DNA of 64,000 nucleotides from an uncultured Candidatus Rokubacteria bacterium (GCA_963749975.1 CAVVOZ010000037.1:205935-269934), one strand, 5' to 3'. Shown: positions 50,339 to 60,203, numbered from the stretch's first letter. Made by a program: numbers and translations. The notes: generated from the letters alone by a model not told the origin.

Positions 50339-51667
50339 ATGAATGCTATGGACCGGCGGAACCTTCAGTCACAGCTCCCCACCGGGGTGAAGATCTATCT
50401 CCCCGACGAGGCGGCCCGTCTCCGGGGCCTCCAGGAGCGTCTCCTCGGCGTCTTCCGGCTGTGGGGTTACCGCGAGGTGATGACGCCCACCTTCGAGTTC
50501 TTCGACGTCCTCGCGCTGGGGACGGACGAGGCGCTCCAGGAGGGGATGTTCAAGTTCGTCGACCCTGACACCGGGCGGATGCTCGCGCTTCGCGCCGACG
50601 TGACGCCCCAGATCGCGCGCATCGCCGCCACCCGGCTCCGCGACCGGCCGAAACCCTACCGCCTCGCGTATCGGACGAACGTGTTCCGGCACGAGGCACC
50701 GCGGCTCGGTCGCATGCGGGAGTTCTACCAGGCGGGGGTCGAGCTGCTCGGCCTCGACAAGCCGGAGGCGGACGCCGAGATGATCGCGATGGCCATCGAG
50801 GCGTTCCGCGCCGCCGGGTTCGAGCGCTTCCAGATCGACGTCGGCCACGTCGAGTTCGTGCGGGGCGTGCTCGACAGCCTCGGCGTCGAGCGCGCCGTGG
50901 CGCGGGCCCTGCGCGAGGCCCTCGGACGGAAGGACGTGGCGGAGCTGACGCGCCTGGTCGGGGAGCTGTCCGTTCCGTCCGCGACGGCGGACCTGGTGCT
51001 GGCGTTGCCCGGTCTCCAGGGCGGGACGGACGTGATCCGGCGGGCGGCCGCGCTCGTCCAGAACCCCCGGTCGGAGCGCGCGGTGGCCGGGCTCGCCGAG
51101 GTCCACCGGCTGCTCACCGCCTACGGCCTCGGCGGGGCGATCCTGCTCGATCTCGGCGAGGTCCGCGGCTTCGACTACTATTCGGGCGTGAGCTTCGAGG
51201 GGTACGTCGACGGGTTCGGCGCCGAGCTGGTGGGTGGCGGCCGGTACGACCAGATGCTCGGGCGCTTCGGCACGCCCTGTCCGGCCACGGGATTCGCCTT
51301 CGACGTGAACCGCCTCCTCCTCGCGCTCGCCGCCCAGGGTCTCGAGCCTCGCGTCACCGGGCCGGAGTTCTTCGTCATCGACTTCACCGAGGACAAGGGC
51401 ACGGCCCTCGCCCTCTGCCGGCGCCTGCGCGAGCTGGGGCTGGCGGTGGCCCGGGACATCATGAGCCGGCCGCTCGAGGAGTCGATCGCCTACGCACGGG
51501 ACATTCGCGCCGCGCGGGCCGTGGTGATCGACCACGCGGGGCTCGGACGCGGCGAGGTGCGCGTGATCGACCCGGCGGGGGGCCAGGAGGTCACCTGGCC
51601 GCTCGCGGCACTGATGGCGGCGCCGAGCCGCGCCCTCGAGCCCGCTCCCGGAGGCGCTCTTGCCTAA
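50339..51667 (+). CDS. hisZ: ATP phosphoribosyltransferase regulatory subunit HisZ (HisRS-like)
   Basis: 442 aa class-II aaRS-like core without anticodon-binding specificity (..YRLAYRTNVFRHE..GRMREFYQAGVELLG.., ..GGGRYDQML..). Adjacent to purA as in many genomes. Confidence 0.8.
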   Translation: MNAMDRRNLQSQLPTGVKIYLPDEAARLRGLQERLLGVFRLWGYREVMTPTFEFFDVLALGTDEALQEGMFKFVDPDTGRMLALRADVTPQIARIAATRLRDRPKPYRLAYRTNVFRHEAPRLGRMREFYQAGVELLGLDKPEADAEMIAMAIEAFRAAGFERFQIDVGHVEFVRGVLDSLGVERAVARALREALGRKDVAELTRLVGELSVPSATADLVLALPGLQGGTDVIRRAAALVQNPRSERAVAGLAEVHRLLTAYGLGGAILLDLGEVRGFDYYSGVSFEGYVDGFGAELVGGGRYDQMLGRFGTPCPATGFAFDVNRLLLALAAQGLEPRVTGPEFFVIDFTEDKGTALALCRRLRELGLAVARDIMSRPLEESIAYARDIRAARAVVIDHAGLGRGEVRVIDPAGGQEVTWPLAALMAAPSRALEPAPGGALA

Positions 51668-52970
51668 CATCGTCATCGTGGGCGCCCAGTGGGGTGACGA
51701 GGGAAAGGGGAAGGTCGTCGACCTGGTCGCGCCCTGCGCGGACGTCGTCGCGCGCTACTCGGGCGGGCCGAACGCGGGCCACACCATCGTGGTGGGGGAC
51801 CGGCGCTTCGTGCTCCAGCTGGTGCCCTCGGGCGTTCTTCGGCCCGGCAAGAAGAGCGTGATCGGCTGCGGGACCGTCGTCGACCCCATCGGGCTCGTGT
51901 CGGAGCTGGACGGCCTGGCGGCGGCCGGGATCGGCGTGGAGCAGCTCTACGTCTCCCACGCCGCTCACGTGATCCTGCCCTACCACCGGGCGCTCGACCA
52001 GGCGATGGACCAGGAGCGAATCGGGACCACGGGCAAGGGCGTGGGGCCGGCCTACGCCGACAAGGCGGCCCGCCTGGGGATCCGCGTCGGCGACCTCCTC
52101 GACGAGGCCCACTTCCGGGAGAAGCTCGAGGCGTACCTTCCCGTCAAGAATCACCTCCTCCGCGCCTATGGCCGAGACACCTTCGAGGTGGAGGAGGTGG
52201 TGAAGGCCGTTGCGGGCGCCGTCGAGCGGCTCCGCCCGCACGTCGCGGACACGGCGCTGCTCCTGCACCGGTGGATGCGCGACGGAGCCTCGGTGCTCTT
52301 CGAGGGCGCGCAGGGCACGATGCTCGACGTCGACCACGGCACCTATCCGTACATCACGGCGTCGAGCGCCTCGGCCGGCGGAGCGGCGCCCGGCACCGGC
52401 GTGCCGCCCACCCGCATCAACGGGGTGCTCGGCATCACCAAGGCCTACGCCACCCGCGTCGGGGGCGGGCCGTTTCCCACCGAGGTCACCGGCGACCTTG
52501 GCGAGCTGATCCGGGCCCGGGGGAAGGAGTACGGCGCGGTCACGGGCCGGCCGCGCCGGTGCGGGTGGTTCGACGCCCCGCTCCTCCGCCACGCGGTCCG
52601 CGTGAACGGGCTCGACACGCTCGCGATGACGAAGCTCGACGTGCTCGATCCCTGCCATGCCGTGCTGGTGGGCGTGGGCTACCGCTACAAGGGGACGACG
52701 CTCCGCGAGTGGCCGGGAGAGGAGCGCATCGTCGCGCAGCTCGAGCCCGTGTTCGAGGAGCGTCCGGGCTGGCTCAGCGAGACCGCGGGGCTCCGCACCT
52801 GGGGGGCCCTCCCGGCGCGCGCCCACGACTACATCCGGTGGCTGGAGGACCTCATCGAGTGCGAGATCTCGCTCGTCTCGACCGGCCCCGGCCGCGACGA
52901 GACCATCCTCGTCGAGCCGTCGCGCCTGACGCGCTGGTTTCCCGACCTCCGCCAGCTCTGCCTGCCGTGA
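51660..52970 (+). CDS. purA: adenylosuccinate synthetase PurA
   Basis: MPNIVIVGAQWGDEGKGKVVDLV P-loop. GTTGKGVGPAY. 436 aa. Confidence 0.95.
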   Translation: MPNIVIVGAQWGDEGKGKVVDLVAPCADVVARYSGGPNAGHTIVVGDRRFVLQLVPSGVLRPGKKSVIGCGTVVDPIGLVSELDGLAAAGIGVEQLYVSHAAHVILPYHRALDQAMDQERIGTTGKGVGPAYADKAARLGIRVGDLLDEAHFREKLEAYLPVKNHLLRAYGRDTFEVEEVVKAVAGAVERLRPHVADTALLLHRWMRDGASVLFEGAQGTMLDVDHGTYPYITASSASAGGAAPGTGVPPTRINGVLGITKAYATRVGGGPFPTEVTGDLGELIRARGKEYGAVTGRPRRCGWFDAPLLRHAVRVNGLDTLAMTKLDVLDPCHAVLVGVGYRYKGTTLREWPGEERIVAQLEPVFEERPGWLSETAGLRTWGALPARAHDYIRWLEDLIECEISLVSTGPGRDETILVEPSRLTRWFPDLRQLCLP

Positions 52971-52972
52971 CC

Positions 52973-53045
52973 CCACAGGCCGCCACAGGCCGCAGGCCGT
53001 TCGATCAGCCCCGTCCGGTCAACTCTCGCTGCGCCGGGGCCGCCC
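52973..53045 (+). repeat. Copy B of intergenic repeat family (CCACAGGCCGCCACAGGCCGCAGGCCGT ... CGATCAG ... AACTCTCGC ... CGGGGCCGC)
   Basis: Begins 3 nt after the purA stop in the convergent gap before the cupin gene. The 28-nt core differs from copy A at one position. Confidence 0.6.
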
Positions 53046-53056
53046 GCTGAGCGGAG

Positions 53057-54007
53057 CTACTTGTAGCTGAACCCCATCGTCCGGCAGTGGTAGTAGACGC
53101 CCCCGTCCTGGACGATGAGGAAGAGCGCGAGCTCGCTCCCGTCGTTGTGGTGGGAGTGGAAGGCGGCGGGCGGCGTGATCATCACCGTGTGGGGCTCCCA
53201 GTCGGCGCGCTCCCCGTCGATCAGGGAATAGCAGCGCTCGCCGGCCAGGACGAGCGTCACCGCCACCGCGTTGTGGCGGTGGCCGCGCTGCGCCTCGCCG
53301 GGCAGGAGCGAGTTCAGCGCGAGCGTGAAGGACGGCGTGGTGGTGCGGCTGGACTCGAGGGCGACGTTCCCCAGGTTGATCGACTTGCCCGGCATTGCCG
53401 CCCCGCGGGGATCCAGGTAGACGCCGAGCAGCCGCCGCCGGATCTCCGCCATCGGGTAGAGGGCGGGCTGGATCGGTCCCGCGCCTGGCGCTGGCGGCTG
53501 GAGCCCCTCGAACTCGAGCTGGGGCTCGTTGGTCGTGATCCAGAGCACGGTGTCCTCGACCGCGGCGTGGCGCGCGGCCCCGCCGCCGGGCAGGCAGAAG
53601 GTGTCGGCCTCCTGCCAGGCGAGCGATCCCCCGTCCCCGGCCCTGGTCGTGCCCGATCCGCGGATCACGTGATAGAGCTCCGTGCTGGCGCGGAAGGTCG
53701 TGGAGAGCGTATCTCCCGCGCGGATTCGCGCGTAGCGCGACAGGATGAACGGCGTGGTCGCCGGGTAGCCGAGTCCGAGCGTCGCCGAGAGGTCGAGCGG
53801 CACGAGGCCGGTCGGCGCGTCGGGGGCCAGCACCCGATCCCGCTCGGCGCGGAAGACGTGGGCGGGGATGGCCGGGCGCTTGATGTTGAAGCCGTCGAGG
53901 GAGGTGAGGTAGCGGGCATTGTCCGCGTAGGGCGAGGGCGCTCGCGGTCCCGCCGAGTCGGCGGCGAGAAGTGCGCGGAGCTCCAGCTCGTCGAGCGTCT
54001 TGGCCAT
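53057..54007 (-). CDS. bicupin-domain protein (gentisate/hydroxybenzoate 1,2-dioxygenase-like)
   Basis: 316 aa with two cupin modules. The second carries a His-rich metal motif (..RGHRHNAVAVTLVLAGE..HSHHNDG..). Confidence 0.65.
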   Translation of the reverse strand: MAKTLDELELRALLAADSAGPRAPSPYADNARYLTSLDGFNIKRPAIPAHVFRAERDRVLAPDAPTGLVPLDLSATLGLGYPATTPFILSRYARIRAGDTLSTTFRASTELYHVIRGSGTTRAGDGGSLAWQEADTFCLPGGGAARHAAVEDTVLWITTNEPQLEFEGLQPPAPGAGPIQPALYPMAEIRRRLLGVYLDPRGAAMPGKSINLGNVALESSRTTTPSFTLALNSLLPGEAQRGHRHNAVAVTLVLAGERCYSLIDGERADWEPHTVMITPPAAFHSHHNDGSELALFLIVQDGGVYYHCRTMGFSYK

Positions 54008-54158
54008 GACCGTCCTCCCGCGCGGGTGCGTAGGGTGCCCAGCGGTCGATTCGCGGGGATGCTAGCGCGGCGGCCTCCGGAGCGTCAAGGCGGCGCCGTC
54101 GACGGGGCTCGCGGGGCGCTCGGGACGGCGGCGGGGCGGCTCGCGGGGAGGAGGGTCG

Positions 54159-54635
54159 GTGACGGCGGACGGTGACCGCGCGCGCGACCGCCGCCCGGCC
54201 GTCGTCCGGCTGCTGGTGACGTGGCTGGCGCTCGCGCCCGTGCTCCAGGCCCTGAGCCTCGCCGGCTTCCGGGTTGCCAACTTCGCCCCGGACCGACCCT
54301 GGAACTACGTCGCGTACGGCCTGGCGGCGCCCTACGTGGCCTGGCTGGTCTGGCGCCGGAAGCCGCGCGCGCGCTTCGCCGCCTACGTGTTCCTCACTCA
54401 CGAGGCCGTGCGCGGCATTCACTTCCACCGGCGGGACGCCGTGGCGATCGCGGCGCTGTGGGTGCTCCTGCTCCAGCTGCCCGCCGCTCGCCGATTCATG
54501 CCGTCGCTCCGCCCCGCCGAGATGCGGGCACGCTGGCGTCGGCAGCTGACCGGCAATCGAGGGGGCGACACGGGGGTCGAGCCCGCCGCTCCCGCCGCCG
54601 ATGCGACGCGGAGCGATTCGCCCCCGCCGCCGTGA
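54159..54635 (+). CDS. hypothetical membrane protein
   Basis: 158 aa with 3-4 hydrophobic segments and no recognised motif. GC-rich background makes chance ORFs common. Confidence 0.3.
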   Translation: MTADGDRARDRRPAVVRLLVTWLALAPVLQALSLAGFRVANFAPDRPWNYVAYGLAAPYVAWLVWRRKPRARFAAYVFLTHEAVRGIHFHRRDAVAIAALWVLLLQLPAARRFMPSLRPAEMRARWRRQLTGNRGGDTGVEPAAPAADATRSDSPPPP

Positions 54636-54765
54636 GGCGCGCTCGGGGATCCTCGCGCGGTAAGATGCCGGCACGGCAATCGGAGAACTCTTCCGGAGAG
54701 GCGAGGGGAACGTCGGTGACGATCGCGCGGATGATCTGGCGGACGCTCGGCTCCCGCCGGCTCCC

Positions 54766-55743
54766 GTGACGTCATTCCCGGCGCCGGCTGCCAGGCTCGA
54801 CCGGCCCCTCCACGGGATCGCCTTCATCCTCGTGGGGGCATCCGTGTTCCCCGTGCAGGACGTCGTGATCAAGGGCCTGAGCGGCGAGTACGCGGTCCTC
54901 CAGATCGTGTTCGTGCGCAGCCTGGTCTCGCTCGGGCTCTTCGCGTGGCTCCTGTGGCGGGAGCGCGAATCGGCCACCTTTCCGGTCCAGCAGCCGTGGC
55001 TCCACGGGGTGCGAGGGCTGCTCGGCCTCGTGTCCTTCACGACCTACTACATGGCCATCGCCGCGCTCCCGCTGGCCACGGTCACGTCGGTGGCCTTCGC
55101 GGCGCCGCTGTTCGTCACCACGCTCTCGGCGCTCGCGCTCGGCGAGCCGGTCGACCGGCGGGGCTGGTCCGCCGTGGTGCTCGGCTTCGTCGGAGTGCTC
55201 GTGGTGCTGCGCCCGGGGGCTGCCGCGTTCGAGCCGGCCGCCCTCCTCGCCGTGCTGTCGGCGCTCTGCTACGCGATCTCGCAGACGATCACGCGCCACC
55301 TGGGCCGGAGGGATTCGGGCGCCACCATCGTGTTCTCGGCGACCCTGGTGTCCGTGCTGGTGGCGGCGACGAGCGGGCTCGCCGCAGCCGGGGGAGGCCG
55401 GGGGGCCGGCCTTCATCCCAGCCTCGCCTTCCTGGTGCGCGGCTGGACGCTCCCGCCCTGGGGGGCGCTCGGGCGCATGGCGCTCTGCGGGCTCATCTCG
55501 AGCGTCGGGATCTATTGCCTGACGCAGGCTTACCGCGTGGCGCCCGCGAGCACGGTATCCCCGTTCGAGTACGTGATGATCGGGTGGGCGGTGCTGTGGG
55601 GCTACGTGTTCTGGGGCGACGTCCCCGGCCCGTCGACCCTCCTCGGCGTGGCCACGACCGTCGCCGCCGGCCTCTACGTGCTCCACCATCAGGCGCGAGC
55701 CCAGCGCGAGCGCCGCCGCGCGGCCCGCGCGCCGACGGCCTAG
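54766..55743 (+). CDS. DMT-superfamily transporter (EamA domain x2)
   Basis: 325 aa, 10 TM, duplicated EamA pattern. Confidence 0.8.
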   Translation: MTSFPAPAARLDRPLHGIAFILVGASVFPVQDVVIKGLSGEYAVLQIVFVRSLVSLGLFAWLLWRERESATFPVQQPWLHGVRGLLGLVSFTTYYMAIAALPLATVTSVAFAAPLFVTTLSALALGEPVDRRGWSAVVLGFVGVLVVLRPGAAAFEPAALLAVLSALCYAISQTITRHLGRRDSGATIVFSATLVSVLVAATSGLAAAGGGRGAGLHPSLAFLVRGWTLPPWGALGRMALCGLISSVGIYCLTQAYRVAPASTVSPFEYVMIGWAVLWGYVFWGDVPGPSTLLGVATTVAAGLYVLHHQARAQRERRRAARAPTA

Positions 55744-55981
55744 TCGGCCCCTCGGGCATGTCGAGGCCGCCTGCGTTGGCGCGCCCGCGGATTGGCGCGA
55801 AGTGCGCGCCGCCTCCCGATCTATCCCGAGGATCGCGCATGCGGGTCGTCCCCCCGCTGGAGATCGAGGCCCCCGCAAGGCGATTCTGACCCGCGTGTTC
55901 GGTCTCGCTGTTGGCACCTTTCCGGGCTGGTCGGGGGTCGGGCGCGTTGACTCGCGCCCCGCAAGTAGCGACAATGCCTCA

Positions 55982-56016
55982 CGCGAGGCGTTAGCTCAGC
56001 CAGGCAGAGCCCCCGC
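55982..56016 (+). other. Partial duplicate of tRNA-Lys 5' half (acceptor stem through 5' anticodon stem); att-like direct repeat
   Basis: cgcgaggcgttagctcagccaggcagagcCcccgc is 34/35 identical to 57735-57769. Identity ends exactly at the anticodon loop. It is preceded by a promoter-like TTGACT-N17-GACAAT with the same architecture as the element upstream of the intact tRNA (TTGACG-N17-CAGAAT). Confidence 0.7.
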
Positions 56017-56170
56017 GTCCTAAGCCCGCCGACCGATCGAGACCCGTCGGGAAGTCGCGAACTTCTCGGTGGGTTTTCTGTTGTCTGATTGGCTCCACAT
56101 GGCTGGATTTGGGCATGATCTGGCCGGTTCGGGCACGTTCCTGGGCACGTCTTGCGGAGGGGCCCGAGGT

Positions 56171-56189
56171 GTTGTATTGTTTGTACAAC
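56171..56189 (+). promoter_or_regulatory. Palindromic operator candidate GTTGTA-N7-TACAAC upstream of the XRE regulator gene
   Basis: Perfect 6-bp inverted repeat with a 7-nt AT-rich spacer (gttgtattgtttgtacaac), about 85 nt upstream of xre ATG 56272. This is typical of XRE/Cro/CI-type autoregulated operators. Confidence 0.45.
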
Positions 56190-56271
56190 GGCGGCGGTGG
56201 AGAGGATGCCGATAGCCCTCTGGGAATCGGCCACGCCGCAAAGGAGGACCGAGCCCGGGAAGGGGGTACGG

Positions 56272-56640
56272 ATGGCCACGGCATTTGGAGAGTATTTCCG
56301 AGCGCTGCGGATGAGGTTGGGACTGCCGCTGAGGCAGTTCTGCATCGAGAACGGTTACGATGCCGGGAACATCAGCAAGCTGGAACGGGGACTCTTGGTG
56401 CCGCCCACGTCCGAGGAGAAGCTGCGTGACTATGCAGGCGCCCTCAAGATCAAGAAGGGCTCCGAGGAGTGGATCACCTTCTTCGATCTCGCGGCCGTGT
56501 CACGGCGAGAGATCCCCAGCGACATCATGGCGGACGAACGACTCGTCGGCCGGCTCCCGCTGGTGTTTCGTACGTTGCGAGGCCAGAAGGTGAACGAAAA
56601 GGACCTAGACGCGCTCGTGGAGCGAATCCGGAAGGCGTAG
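56272..56640 (+). CDS. XRE-family helix-turn-helix transcriptional regulator
   Basis: RBS GAAGGGGG-N6-ATG. HTH region (GEYFRALRMRLGLPLRQFCIENGYDAGNISKLERG) of 122 aa. The longer ORF from 56152 lacks an RBS. Confidence 0.75.
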   Translation: MATAFGEYFRALRMRLGLPLRQFCIENGYDAGNISKLERGLLVPPTSEEKLRDYAGALKIKKGSEEWITFFDLAAVSRREIPSDIMADERLVGRLPLVFRTLRGQKVNEKDLDALVERIRKA

Positions 56641-56641
56641 C

Positions 56642-57247
56642 GTGAGCGTCCGCGTTCCCCGGCTGTCCTACGAGGACGTCAGAGGGAGCGCGGACGCTTT
56701 TCTTGACGAGCATCACCGCTCTCGTGTCATTCCGGTTCCGATCGAGGACATCGTCGAGTTCCACTTCGGCATCAACATCATCCCGCTACCCGGTCTCCAT
56801 GCTGACTTCGGGACCGACGGGTTCCTGTCAGCCGACATGACGGAGATCTCAGTAGATCTGGCCGTGTTCGAAGGTCGTCCCGCACGATATCGCTTCACTT
56901 TGGCACACGAGCTCGGGCACCTCGTGCTTCACGGTGAGCACCTGAAGGCGGCGACACCGACATCCCTTGCTGACTGGAAACGCTTTGTCCGCGAGTTGTC
57001 CGAGCCCGAACGTGGGTCGATGGAATGGCAAGCCTACGCCTTCGCCGGGCTCGTGCTTGCGCCGCGTGATCCGCTTGATCAGGCCTATCGAGAGGCCCGA
57101 CGTTCAGCGGACGAGGCGGGGATAGACATCGAAGCCAACGTCCATCTTGCCCGGCACTACGTCTCGTCCTCGATCGCGACAATCTTCGAGGTGTCGGCGG
57201 AGGTGATCGATAGAAGGCTCGTCTTCGACGGCATCTTCCCGAAGTAG
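56642..57247 (+). CDS. ImmA/IrrE-family metallo-endopeptidase (DUF955/COG2856)
   Basis: 201 aa with the HEXXH zinc motif (TLAHELGHLVLHGEH). GTG start 1 nt after the xre stop (co-transcribed pair). Confidence 0.8.
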   Translation: MSVRVPRLSYEDVRGSADAFLDEHHRSRVIPVPIEDIVEFHFGINIIPLPGLHADFGTDGFLSADMTEISVDLAVFEGRPARYRFTLAHELGHLVLHGEHLKAATPTSLADWKRFVRELSEPERGSMEWQAYAFAGLVLAPRDPLDQAYREARRSADEAGIDIEANVHLARHYVSSSIATIFEVSAEVIDRRLVFDGIFPK

Positions 57248-57737
57248 AGGAGAAAGGCACTCGATGAGCTGAAGCGACACTGATGGGCCCCCAGAGGACC
57301 CGCCAGTTTGACGCCCCGAGGACCTTGGGCCCGCGGGTGGACCTTGGACAAGCCCATGGCCTACGATCTCTGCCACTACCTCCGCTTCCGCCGGACAGGC
57401 AACGGCCGCGGGCAGGGGTGTCCAGTGTGAGGGCCGTGATGTGCTCGCCGGGTCTATGGCGTGGCTAGGCATCAAGGAGGCCCGCCAGTGATCGCCGCGA
57501 TCTACGCGCAGAAGGCGACCACCAGGGGAGGAGGGCAACGAACGATGGACCGGGGTTTCGCAACTGCTGGAGTCGGCATCGTACTTATGAGCTTCTACTT
57601 CGCTTCTACCGCGGTACGCGATCGTGAGCGACGCGGATCTCCGAGAGGCGACCCAGCGATTGCTGGGCACGTTTCCGGGCACGTCGGGGGCGGCTCGCAT
57701 TGACGGGCGTCCCCCAACTATGCAGAATGACGAGCGC

Positions 57738-57814
57738 GAGGCGTTAGCTCAGCCAGGCAGAGCTCCCGCCTTTTAAGCGGGGAGTCGGTGGTTCGAATCC
57801 ACCACGCCTCACCA
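57738..57814 (+). tRNA. tRNA-Lys (anticodon UUU), CCA encoded
   Basis: Manually folded cloverleaf. Acceptor GAGGCGT/ACGCCTC, D-stem GCTC/GAGC, anticodon stem CCCGC/GCGGG with loop CTTTTAA (anticodon TTT), variable GAGTC, T-stem GGTGG/CCACC with loop TTCGAAT, discriminator A + CCA. Confidence 0.9.
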
Positions 57815-57890
57815 TTGTTCGTCCCGCGGCGCCGGCCCCGGGGCCGGCGGCTCGCGGCCCGCGCCGGCCGACGGCTTCCTGGGGAGCGAC

Positions 57891-58280
57891 ATGGACGACC
57901 GCGCGGTCCCGGATCCCGAAACCGCCGCGACGCTGGCGGTGGCCCGGCGCTTCCTCGACGCGTTCGCCCGCCACGACGTGGACGGCGTCATGCTCGCCAT
58001 GACCGAGGACTGCGTCTTCGAGAACACGTTGCCGCCCCCCGACGGGGAGCGGCACGTGGGCCAGGCCGCGGTCCGGCGCTTCTGGGAGCGATTCTTCCGG
58101 GAGACGCCGTCCGCCGCGTTCGAGACCGAGGAGATGTTCGCCGCCGGAGCCCGATGCGTGGTGAAGTGGCTCTATCGCTGGCGGAACGCGGACGGGTCGG
58201 CGGGCCACGTGCGGGGCGTCGATCTCCTCCGCGTCCGGGACGGGAAGGTCGCCGAGAAGCTCTCCTACGTCAAGGGCTAG
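57891..58280 (+). CDS. SnoaL-like / NTF2-fold protein (ketosteroid-isomerase-like)
   Basis: 129 aa. ..ARRFLDAFARHDVDGVMLAMTEDCVFEN.. matches the NTF2-like polyketide cyclase fold. Confidence 0.7.
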   Translation: MDDRAVPDPETAATLAVARRFLDAFARHDVDGVMLAMTEDCVFENTLPPPDGERHVGQAAVRRFWERFFRETPSAAFETEEMFAAGARCVVKWLYRWRNADGSAGHVRGVDLLRVRDGKVAEKLSYVKG

Positions 58281-58446
58281 TGTCCTGCCTCGGAGATCCG
58301 GTGACAAGATCGCGCGACACTGGCCAGGATCTCGACCAGGCCTCGACGCCCGACCTCACCGATCCGGCATATCCGGTGGAGGGGCGGCTCCCGGAGGTCG
58401 GGTAGGCGGGACACGCGGCCACGTGATGGGGCCGGTCGGGAGGCAG

Positions 58447-60140
58447 ACGATGCTTCCGCTGATCGAGCGGCGGTCACCCCCCACGCCTCGAGCGGGCAGG
58501 GTGCGGCGCCTGCACGCCGCCGGCGCGCTGGCGGCGCGCCCGTCAGTGAGGCGTCTCCTCCGGGAGGGCGTGCGCGGCACCGCGATGCTGGCAGGTGTCG
58601 TGAGCCGTCTGCGACGCCCGCTGACGCCGGCCGAGGCTCGCGCGGCGCTCGACGCGCGGCGGGAACACCGGGCGAGTGCCTTCCTCAGGCTCCTCCGTCG
58701 CGCCGTCTTCCAGGCGCCGAGAAGCCCGTACGCGCCTCTCCTGCGTGCGGCGCGATGCGAGTACGGCGACATCGAACGCATGGTGCGCACGGACGGCGTC
58801 GAAGGCACCCTCGCTGCGCTGTTCCAGAGCGGGGTGTTTCTCACCGTGAGCGAGCTGAAGGGGCTCGTCCCCGTGACACGGGCAGGGGCTCCGTACTGGG
58901 TGGGGCGGGAGCGCCTGCGGAATCCCATGCTGGCTCGTTCGGGACCCGGACGACGATCGCGCTCGCCTCCTGCATGCGGCGATGTTCCGCGACCACGAGG
59001 TGGTGCACACGCTCGTCATGGCTGCCGTCGGCGGCCTGCGCTGGCGCCATGGCTACTGGGGGATCCTGGGGGACGGTGCCGCGGTTGCCCTGCTCCGCTA
59101 TGTCGGCGGCGGGATGGGACCGGTCGACTGGTTCACGCATCTCGATCCGCGCGAGCCTGGGATCGACCTCGACGATCGCTGGGGCTCGCTCGCCCTCCGG
59201 CTGGCAGGCGCCCTCGCGGGGCGGCCGATGCCGCCCGCCCGCTACGTCCCGCTCGACGCCCCTGACCCCGATCCTCGCGTGGATCCGGGGCCACCTGGAT
59301 GCGGGCCGCACGCCTCACCTCTGCGGAGGGACCTCACTGATGGTGCGCCTGGCCGTTCTCGCACGGGAGCGCGGCCTCGATCTGACCGGCGCGCGATTCA
59401 CCATCAGCGGCGAGCCGGTCACGGATCGCCGTCTCGCAACGATCCGGAGCACCGGCGCCGAGGGCTATCCGAGTTACGCGACCCGCGAGGCACTGGTAAT
59501 CGGGCAGGCGTGCCGGCAGCCTGTGGCCTCCGACGAGGTGCACCTCCTCGACGATCTTCACGCGCTGGCGCTGGCGGGTCCCCGCAATCCCGCCGGCCTT
59601 CCAGAGGACGCGCTCCTCATCTCCTCGGTCCGGGCGGGCGCTCCCCTCGTTCTCCTGAACGTGTCGCTTGGAGATCGCGCCGACGTGTCACGCCGAGCGT
59701 GCGGCTGCCCGCTGGAGACCCTCGGCTGGCGCACGCATCTCGCGACCGTCCGAAGCTTCGAGAAGCTGACCGCCGGCGGGGTCACCTTCGTCGACGGCGC
59801 GCTGATCCGGGTGCTCGAGGAGACGCTGCCCGCACGCTTCGGCGGCGGGCCTCTCGACTACCAGCTCGTCGAGGAGGAGGGCGCGGACGGACTGCCTCGC
59901 GTCCGCCTGATGGTGGCGGATCGAGTGGGGGCCGTCGACGCCACGCGCGTGATGGACACATTTCGGCAGGCCTTGCTGCAGCAGTCACGCTCGAGCGCGC
60001 TTCTCTGGCAGCAGGGCCGCTGGCTGGAGGTCGAGCGCGGGAGCGTGGCCGTGACGGCCAGGGGCAAGGTCCACCACCTCGTGCCCCGAGGACGGAGGGC
60101 CGCAGCGGGCGACGCGCGTGCGACCGGAGAAGGCGGGTGA
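58447..60140 (+). pseudogene. adenylate-forming enzyme, PaaK/CapK (phenylacetate-CoA ligase / F390-synthetase) family, 2 frameshifts
   Basis: N-terminal region (..YAPLLRAARCEYGDIERMVRTDGVEGTLAALFQSGVFLTVSELKG..) resembles the PaaK N-domain. The middle continues in a second frame from about 58980. The C-terminal domain (..LCGGTSLMVRLAVLARERGLDLTGARFTISGEPVTD.. to the end) is in a third frame from about 59290. Confidence 0.4.
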
Positions 60141-60203
60141 CGGCGGACCGCCGGGGTGAGCTGGTCGAGACGAAGATCGCGCGACGCTGGCGCGCGTAGC
60201 GAG

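Noticed and set aside
56152-56271. Longer 162-aa version of the XRE regulator starting at 56152
   Set aside because: There is no RBS. The N-terminal 40 residues (MRRGPRCCIVCTTAAVERMPIALWESATPQRRTEPGKGVR) have no similarity to XRE proteins and overlap the putative operator. ATG 56272 has a good RBS and starts directly at the HTH.
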